Of a stretch of 64,000 bases of DNA, positions 57,358 through 64,000 are shown one piece after another. The stretch covers positions 133,762-197,761 of the forward strand of contig CAVRZR010000002.1 of NCBI GenBank assembly GCA_963725795.1, read 5' to 3'. Every line of letters begins with the position of its first letter. The stretch's first letter is position 1. The notes beneath the pieces are model-generated. The model had not been told where the DNA came from. It worked only from the letters and a program-made list of their open reading frames with translations, and did no database searches. The stretch comes from an uncultured Actinomycetes bacterium. GTDB taxonomy: Bacteria > Actinomycetota > Coriobacteriia > Anaerosomatales > CAVRZR01. The position numbers were made by a program, and so were the translations under genes.

Positions 57358-58360
57358 CCGCCGGCAGTTCGCGTCGCGAGTGCTGCGCGATGTCGGGCCC
57401 TTCAGGGATCCGGTCGTGCGCCGGCTGGTACGGGCGGCGTTCATCGGCATGTCGGCTGCAATCGGCGCACTGGCGGTCGCGTGGGCCACGGGTGGCGATC
57501 CGGCCTTCCTGCCGCTGGCCTTCCTTGCGGGGACGGCCGGTGGGGTACTCGGCTCGTTGATCGCCCGCGCTCTGCGACCGATCGGCGAGCGATTCTTCGG
57601 CGTGACCACGAACGCTCGGCTCCTGGAGCTCGCGAACCCTGCGTCTCCGCCGATGCGGCGTCTGATGACTGAGGCGCCCGGGACGTACATGCATTCCGTC
57701 GTGACTTCGAACCTCGCAGCGGCAGCCGCCGAGGCGATAGACGCGCACGTGTTGCTGACGCGCGTCGGCGCGTACTACCACGACATCGGCAAGATGAAAC
57801 GGCCCGAGTTCTTCTTCGAGAACTTGTTCGGCGCTGACAACCCCCACGAAGGTTCCTCGGCGGACCTCTCTACGGCGATCATCATCTCCCACGTGCAAGA
57901 CGGTCTCGACCTGGCAGCCGAGTATCGCTTGCCCAAGGAGATCGTCGACATCATCGGCGAGCACCACGGAACGTCGGTGGTCCGATGCTTCTACCGCAAG
58001 GCCGCGGACGCCGACGCGTCCGTGTTCGAATCGGCGTTCCGGTATCCCTCCGCGTTGCCGCAGACGCCGGAATCCGGGCTGGTCATGCTGGCAGACGGAT
58101 GCGAGGCTGCCGTGCGCGCCCATCTGACAGGTTCCGACGAAGAGATAGCCTCCACCGTACGCAAGGTGGTCGTCGACCGCCATGCCGACGGACAGCTCGC
58201 TGAGAGCGGGCTTGACGATGACGATCTCGAGGTCGTCATCGGGGTATACACGCGCATACTGGTGAGCATGTATCACCCGCGCATGGAGTATCCGGACGAC
58301 CCCGTGAGGAGCGAACGTGCAGATCTCCATCACGAGCCATCGCGACCCAGAACCGCTTGA
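57350..58360 (+). CDS. HDIG/HD-domain phosphohydrolase, PgpH-like with a short membrane region
   Basis: LLELAN, EAPGTYMHS, YYHDIGK, FFENL, HHGT, FRYP, MLAD, HPRMEYP. Confidence 0.85.
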   Translation: MASRRQFASRVLRDVGPFRDPVVRRLVRAAFIGMSAAIGALAVAWATGGDPAFLPLAFLAGTAGGVLGSLIARALRPIGERFFGVTTNARLLELANPASPPMRRLMTEAPGTYMHSVVTSNLAAAAAEAIDAHVLLTRVGAYYHDIGKMKRPEFFFENLFGADNPHEGSSADLSTAIIISHVQDGLDLAAEYRLPKEIVDIIGEHHGTSVVRCFYRKAADADASVFESAFRYPSALPQTPESGLVMLADGCEAAVRAHLTGSDEEIASTVRKVVVDRHADGQLAESGLDDDDLEVVIGVYTRILVSMYHPRMEYPDDPVRSERADLHHEPSRPRTA

Positions 58361-58763
58361 TCCCGCGGCGTTCGAGCGCCTCGCCGCCTTCGTGCTCGAT
58401 CGCGAGGAGGTACCCGAGTCTGCCGAACTCTCCATTGGGATCGTGGGACTCGACGAGATGGCTCACCTAAACGAGCAGTACCGCGGCGTCGCCAAGCCGA
58501 CGGACGTGCTTTCGTTCGGTTGCGACGACCCGTGCGCGGTCGAAAGCGACCAGCCCATCACGCTCGGTGACGTCATCATCGCGCCCGAGGTCGCAGAGCA
58601 GCAGGCTTCGGAGTACGGACACACCGTGGAACAGGAGCTGAATCTCCTGCTCGTCCACGGCATTCTCCATCTTCTGGGGTACGGCCACGACGCAGATGAA
58701 GACGCCGAGGTCATGCAGGCCCGAGAGCGAGCCTTGCTGACCGCATATGCCGACACCATCTGA
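58317..58763 (+). CDS. ybeY: Endoribonuclease YbeY
   Basis: NEQYRG, TDVLSF, LGDVII, HGILHLLGYGH. Confidence 0.96.
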   Translation: MQISITSHRDPEPLDPAAFERLAAFVLDREEVPESAELSIGIVGLDEMAHLNEQYRGVAKPTDVLSFGCDDPCAVESDQPITLGDVIIAPEVAEQQASEYGHTVEQELNLLLVHGILHLLGYGHDADEDAEVMQARERALLTAYADTI

Positions 58764-58795
58764 CCGCGACTCGCCGAGAGGATCGTAGAAGCACC

Positions 58796-59497
58796 GTGCG
58801 CAGCAGGTCGCTCCTGTGGAGTTTCAACTACGCCATCGAAGGCATCATTTATGCGCTGAGGACCCAGCGCAACATGCGGCTGCATATGATGGCCGCAACC
58901 GGCGCACTCGTCGCGGCGGTGCTGTTCCAGATCACCCGGTTCGAGCTCATCGCCCTGCTTCTGACTATCACGCTCGTCCTGATAGCCGAGCTTGCGAACA
59001 CGGCGCTCGAGGCAGCGGTGGACGTCACAGTAGAGCGCTACGACCCGATGGCGAAGACCGCAAAGGACGTCGCGGCCGGCGCGGTGCTCGTGTCGTCGCT
59101 CAATGCCGTTGCCGTCGGGTATCTCGTGTTCTTCGGTCGCGTCCGGAACGTGCTCGACACGGGGCTCGTCCTCGTGCGGCAGTCCTCGGCAAACAGCACC
59201 GTACTCGCACTCGCGCTGACCTCCGTTGTGGTGATAGTCCTCAAGGCGATCACCAGGAGCGGAAGCTTCTTGCGCGGCGGCTGGCCTTCCGGTCACGTCG
59301 CGCTGGCGACCGCTGCCGCCGCGGCGGTCGGCTATGCGACTGACAGCGCGGCCGCGTTCACGCTGGCGCTCTTCGTCGCCGCGCTCGTCGCCCAGAGCCG
59401 CGTCGAGAGTGAGACGCACACGATCCCGCAGGTCTTTCTTGGCGCCATCATCGGCCTGCTGACGGCCACGGCGGTCTTTCAGCTATTCTTCCTCTGA
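58796..59497 (+). CDS. dgkA: DgkA-type diacylglycerol/undecaprenol kinase fused to a PAP2-like domain
   Basis: SFNYAIEG, ELANTALEAAVD, AKDVAAGAV; then PSGH and SRVESETH. Confidence 0.88.
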   Translation: MRSRSLLWSFNYAIEGIIYALRTQRNMRLHMMAATGALVAAVLFQITRFELIALLLTITLVLIAELANTALEAAVDVTVERYDPMAKTAKDVAAGAVLVSSLNAVAVGYLVFFGRVRNVLDTGLVLVRQSSANSTVLALALTSVVVIVLKAITRSGSFLRGGWPSGHVALATAAAAAVGYATDSAAAFTLALFVAALVAQSRVESETHTIPQVFLGAIIGLLTATAVFQLFFL

Positions 59498-59519
59498 CCG
59501 CCTACCACTGGAGATGTGA

Positions 59520-60799
59520 GTGGAAGTCCTTGTCTGGATAGTGGTCCCGGTCATCTTGCTCGGGGCCGCCGCGATCACGACCGCCGAAGAAGCGTCCGCA
59601 TCGCTGCTCACGCGTTCTCGTGTGAGACGCCTGCTGGATACCGAGCAGCGGGGCGCAGCCCCCCTCGAATGGTTCGCCGAGCAACCGTCCCGGCTGCATG
59701 CGGCGGCCGCGGCTGCCCGCGCGGCGGCCTTCGCCTCATTCGGCTTGGCGGGATGGGTACTCGCGAGCGCTGCGCCGTCGGCGACTGCGGGCTGGCTCCA
59801 ACCGCTCGCCGCGCTTCTCGGGGCCGCAATAGCGTTCTCACTCTGCGACGCCCTGCCACGTGCGCTGGCCGTTCAGAACCCAGAAGGTGTGGCCCTGGCG
59901 TTCGCGCGCGTGGCGCGCCCGATCGTGAGCGATTGCGCATCCCTTCGCTCGCCTGGCCTCGGCGCCATGGCAGGCCGTGATGCGTTTGACGGGATCGGAC
60001 CGGCCGACTGTCTCGCCCTGGGCCGGGAGAAGACGAGTTCAAGACGGCTTCCGCCGACGACGAGGAGACGGCTCGCGACGAGTCCGAGGAAGCGCTTCTT
60101 GACGCTGTCTCTGACTTCGCCGAGAAGATCGTCCGGGAAGTCATGGTGCCGCGCACGGACATGGCTACTCTGGCCGACACGGCGACGATCGAAGACGCCA
60201 TCAAGCTGATCGAGGAGCGCGGGTACTCGCGGCTTCCGGTGTATCACGAGACCGTCGACGACGTGCGGGGCGTCCTCTACGCGAAGGATCTGCTCTCTGC
60301 CCTCGGGGGCGGCCGCGCGACGGTGGACCTTGCCGCCATCTCCCGCCCGCCGTACTTCGTTCCCGAGACCAAGCCCATCGACGAGCTGTTCGTCGAGATG
60401 CAGGCTCGAACGCACATCGCGATCGTCGCCGACGAGTACGGTGGCACGGCGGGTCTCGTCACGATCGAAGACCTGCTTGAAGAACTCGTGGGCGAGATCT
60501 TCGACGAGTACGATCGTGAGGAACCTCTCGTTATCGACATGGGAGAGAACTGGTACCGCGTGGACGCGCGGTTGCCGATCGATGACGTCAACGAGATATT
60601 CGGCACCGAGATCGACGTAGACGCTGATACCATCGGAGGAGTGGTCTCGGTCGTTGCCGGCCACATACCCGAAATAGGCGAGAGCGTCGACATCGAGGGC
60701 CTTCACATCACGGTCCTGGAGCGCGAAGGTACCCGGGTGCGTCGACTCGAGATCGAGTCGGTCGGACCAGCTGACGAGGAGGAATCAGACGATGCGTGA
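59520..60799 (+). CDS. Hemolysin/CNNM (DUF21-CBS-CorC) family protein (frameshifts at about 59930-60050)
   Basis: TM N-terminus; EVMVPRTDM, YSRLPVY, DEYGGTAGLVTIEDLLEELVGEIFDEYD. Confidence 0.88.
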
Positions 60800-61211
60800 A
60801 CCCACACAGCCCGACTTGGCGCTGCTCGCATTCGCACGCGAGATCCAGGACAAGGCATACGCCCCGTACTCGATGTTCAGAGTAGGCGCTGCGGTCTTTG
60901 CCGATGGCGATATCTTCCAAGGCGTGAACGTCGAGAACGCCGCATATTCGGCAACCATCTGTGCCGAACGTGGTGCGCTCTCCGCAGCCATCGCCGCCGG
61001 TGCCTTGGACATCGACGCTATCGCTGTGGTCGGTGATTCCGAATCGCCCACGGTGCCGTGCGGCTGCTGCCGGCAGGCGCTTGCCGAGTTCAACCCAGAG
61101 ATGCGAGTGATCATGGGCGGCAGGACCGACGAAGTGCTCGTCATGACCCTCGACGAGCTTCTCCCTGAGGCCTTCGTCAAGGGGTATCTCGACCAGGACG
61201 ATACGAAATGA
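60792..61211 (+). CDS. cdd: Cytidine deaminase
   Basis: AYAPYS, NVENA, CAER, PCGCCRQ. Confidence 0.96.
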   Translation: MREPTQPDLALLAFAREIQDKAYAPYSMFRVGAAVFADGDIFQGVNVENAAYSATICAERGALSAAIAAGALDIDAIAVVGDSESPTVPCGCCRQALAEFNPEMRVIMGGRTDEVLVMTLDELLPEAFVKGYLDQDDTK

Positions 61212-61240
61212 GCAGCCCCCCGACATCGGGAAGCTGAACG

Positions 61241-62143
61241 ATGGCCGAGCTTGTCCGCAGCGGTTTCGTCGCGCTCGTCGGCAGGCCGAACACGGGCAAG
61301 TCGACACTCGTCAACGCAATCGTCGGCTCGAAGGTCGCGATCACCTCGGACACGCCACAGACGACGCGGCACCGGCTTCGCGCGATCTTGGACCGCGACG
61401 ATTCGCAGATCGTGATCGTCGACACCCCGGGCCTGCACAAACCGCACGACGCGCTGGGAGAAGAGCTCAACCGCTCTGCGCTGCTCGCGATCTCTGACGT
61501 GGATGTGGCCTGCCTCGTGATCGATGCCACCCAACCGGTGGGCCGAGGAGATGAGTGGGTCGGTCGGCACGTCGCCCAAGCCAAGAGCAAGCGCGTACTT
61601 GTCATCACGAAGGCGGACGTGGCCTCGCCGGAGCGCGTCGACGCGCAGCTTCGCGCCGCGAGGAAGCTTGCAGCATTCGACGACGAGGTCGTCGTCTCGG
61701 CGCAGGAGGGCTTCAACGTCGAAGGCTTCGTCGAAGCTGTGGCGCGGCTGTTGCCCGACGGGCCGCGGTACTTCCCGCGCGACATGAGAACCGACCAACC
61801 ACTCGAGGTGATGATCGCCGAGTTCGTCAGGGAGAAGATCCTCCGGGCGACGTTCGACGAGGTGCCGCACTCGATCGGCGTGGTTGTCGACGACATGGAC
61901 TGGGATGACGCGGCCGATCTCGTACGCATCTATTCCGTCATCTACGTCGAACGCGACTCGCAGAAGGGCATCATCATCGGTGCGGGCGGTGAGATGATCA
62001 AACGAGTCGGTATCGAGGCGCGCGAGGATCTCGAGCGGCTTCTCGGGCGACGGGTGCATCTGGATCTGAGGGTGAAAGTGAAGAAGGACTGGCGACGCGA
62101 CGCATCGCAGATCCGTCGCTTCGGCTACGGGGAGGGACTGTGA
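61241..62143 (+). CDS. era: GTPase Era
   Basis: GRPNTGKST, PQTTR, DTPG, SQKGIIIG KH domain. Confidence 0.97.
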   Translation: MAELVRSGFVALVGRPNTGKSTLVNAIVGSKVAITSDTPQTTRHRLRAILDRDDSQIVIVDTPGLHKPHDALGEELNRSALLAISDVDVACLVIDATQPVGRGDEWVGRHVAQAKSKRVLVITKADVASPERVDAQLRAARKLAAFDDEVVVSAQEGFNVEGFVEAVARLLPDGPRYFPRDMRTDQPLEVMIAEFVREKILRATFDEVPHSIGVVVDDMDWDDAADLVRIYSVIYVERDSQKGIIIGAGGEMIKRVGIEAREDLERLLGRRVHLDLRVKVKKDWRRDASQIRRFGYGEGL

Positions 62144-62848
62144 AGACCGGACGCGACAACACCGATCTGGACGTACCGGCGCTCGCCGCCTACATCGACC
62201 AGACACTCCTCTCACCGAAAGTCGGCCCGCGCGAAGCGGAGTCGTGGATCGCCGAGAACGCGGACTTGGGTTTCGCCACGCTTTGCATCGCTCCGGCATT
62301 CGTTCCTGCGGCCGTGAGGCTTCTCGCGGGCTCGGTCACCGCTGCGTGCTCAGTGTGCGGATTCCCGCTGGGGTACGCGCTCACCGACTCGAAAGCCGAC
62401 GAAGCGCGCAGGCTCGCCTCACTGGGTTGCCGACGAAGTCGACATGGTCGTCGCGATCGGCGCACTGCTGGAGGGTGACTCGGAGTACGTACGAAATGAC
62501 ATCGCGTCCGTGGTCGCGGCTGTCAAACGGGAAAGCGAAGGAGCGCTCGTCAAGGTGATCTTGGAGACCGGATACCTGGCCGAAGAACAGGTGACCCTCG
62601 GTTGCCGTCTCGCCGAAGAAGCGGGCGCCGACTTCGTGAAGACTTCAACCGGCTTCGGCCCACGCGGCGCTTCCCTGCGCGATGTGGAGCTCATGCACGA
62701 GGCGGTTGGTGGAAGACTCGGCATCAAGGCAGCCGGCGGGATACGCGAACTGGACGACGCGCTGGGGCTCATATCCGCCGGCGCAACGCGGCTCGGCTCT
62801 TCGGCGGGGATCCACCTGCTCGACGAGCTCGCGGCGCGCCGCGCCTAG
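62140..62848 (+). CDS. deoC: Deoxyribose-phosphate aldolase (+1 frameshift near 62428)
   Basis: IDQTLL, GFPLG, DEVDMV, KVILETG, FVKTSTGF, KAAGGIR, RLGSS. Confidence 0.93.
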
Positions 62849-62870
62849 GCAGCGGGGCCGGGACCGACGC

Positions 62871-63641
62871 ATGCCCGCCTACTCGGCTCGCGCCATCGTT
62901 CTCCGGCGTACGCGCCTGGGCGAGACCGACACGATCGTCACCTTCCTCGCCGAGGACGGCCGCCAGATCCGCGCTGTGGCCAAGGGCTTGCGCAAGCCGA
63001 CGTCGAAGTTCGGCGGTCGGTTGGAGCCGGGTGCCGAAGTCGACCTCTTGCTGCACACCGGGAGAAACCTCGACGTCGTGGCGGAGGCGAGCACCGTCGC
63101 TACGCATGCTGCGGTGCGAGAAGACTTCGACCGTCAGACCGCAGCGGCGGTTGTCGAGGATCTGCTCGAGACGCTGACGCGCGACGCGGAGGCCGACGCC
63201 CGGCTGTACGGGCTCGGGAAGGCGACCCTCCTCGCGTTGGAGGGGGCTCCCGTCGAGAGGCTGCCTGACGTGGTTCTAGCCTTCCTGCTGAAGGCGATGG
63301 CAATGCACGGATACCGTCCCGAACTCGAGTCGTGTGTCTCCTGCGCCGGCCCCTTGGAGGAGAGCGACGTGTTCTCGCTTCCTGCGGGAGGCGCGGTGTG
63401 CCGGACGTGCGGCACGGACGCCTCGGGCCTCGAGCGTCTCACGCCCGCAGCGCGAGGCTGGCTCGGCCGACTTCTCGGAGCGAAGATGGCCGAGGTGGCC
63501 GACCTTGAGATGCCCCCGGAGGCGGTGCTGGACTGCTTCGCTGTTGTCCGCTCCTTCGTGGGTTACCACCTGCCGGCCCGGCTCAGGGCCTTGGATTTCT
63601 ACGCTTCCACACTGAGGAGCCAGGCGGCCCCGCGCGAGTAG
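62871..63641 (+). CDS. recO: DNA repair protein RecO
   Basis: GETDTIV, AVAKG.RKPTSKFGGRLEP, CxxC..CxxC zinc motif. Confidence 0.93.
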   Translation: MPAYSARAIVLRRTRLGETDTIVTFLAEDGRQIRAVAKGLRKPTSKFGGRLEPGAEVDLLLHTGRNLDVVAEASTVATHAAVREDFDRQTAAAVVEDLLETLTRDAEADARLYGLGKATLLALEGAPVERLPDVVLAFLLKAMAMHGYRPELESCVSCAGPLEESDVFSLPAGGAVCRTCGTDASGLERLTPAARGWLGRLLGAKMAEVADLEMPPEAVLDCFAVVRSFVGYHLPARLRALDFYASTLRSQAAPRE

Positions 63642-63797
63642 TCGCACAGCGCGTGTTCGTTGGGACCGAGAACGACTCCCGATAGGCGCGCCGAGAGGCC
63701 CTGCCGGTCGTGTAAGATTAGCCACGCCTGAGGCGTCTGACGCGCCGGGGCTTGTACGACATCGCATGCGTCGACGAATCCGGGAGATGCCTTCTCG

Positions 63798-64000
63798 ATG
63801 AGCGCAATGACGTTTCAGGAGATCATCCTTTCGCTCTCGCGTTTCTGGGCCGAACAGGGCTGCGTACTCCTGCAGCCGTACGACGTCGAAGTGGGGGCGG
63901 GAACGTTCCATCCGGCGACGACGCTGCGCGCGTTGGGACCGGACCCGTGGTACACCGCGTACCCCCAGCCGTCGCGACGTCCGGCCGACGGACGCTATGG
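63798..64000 (+). CDS. glyQ: Glycine-tRNA ligase alpha subunit (5' part, runs off the window)
   Basis: Own translation: [63 protein letters not shown]. Confidence 0.96.
   Translation, partial: MSAMTFQEIILSLSRFWAEQGCVLLQPYDVEVGAGTFHPATTLRALGPDPWYTAYPQPSRRPADGRY

Noticed and set aside
63642-63797. Possible T-box leader before glyQ (also checked before leuS)
   Set aside because: No T-box consensus (GGTGGnACCGCG) or terminator is visible.

Overview
High-GC bacterial chromosomal segment, almost entirely core genes, with no phage, IS element, CRISPR array or rRNA. Gene content and order (hrcA-dnaJ without dnaK/grpE, proB-proA-nadD-rsfS, L27 without N-terminal extension, glyQ-type GlyRS, clostridial-order rnfCDGEAB) suggest an anaerobic deep-branching actinobacterium, probably Coriobacteriia; this is inference. 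In order: cyt-b5-like protein, rlmD, receiver domain/PilT, OsmC, a GT2 + BshB1-like deacetylase + BshC-like cassette, ferredoxin, plsY and lipid kinase, tRNA-Arg, EF-G2, cyclophilin, TPR protein, ndk, rnf operon with NusG-II/Gx genes, radC-mreBCD-mrdA-rodA, a radical SAM pair, rng-rplU-rpmA-obg-proBA-nadD-yqeK-LCP-rsfS, tRNA-Ala, leuS, comEA/comEC, holA, rpsT, lepA-hemW-hrcA-dnaJ-rsmE-mtaB-phoH-HD-ybeY-dgkA-CNNM-cdd-era-deoC-recO-glyQ. About a dozen genes, including essential leuS, are split by small indels that look like long-read errors rather than pseudogenes. The best candidate for an undescribed system is the bacillithiol-like cassette, in which a DPM1-like GT2 stands where BshA would be. 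Next are the receiver-PilT unit with a sigma28-type -10 box and a hairpin covering the comEA ribosome-binding site. All family assignments are from motif recognition, not database searches.
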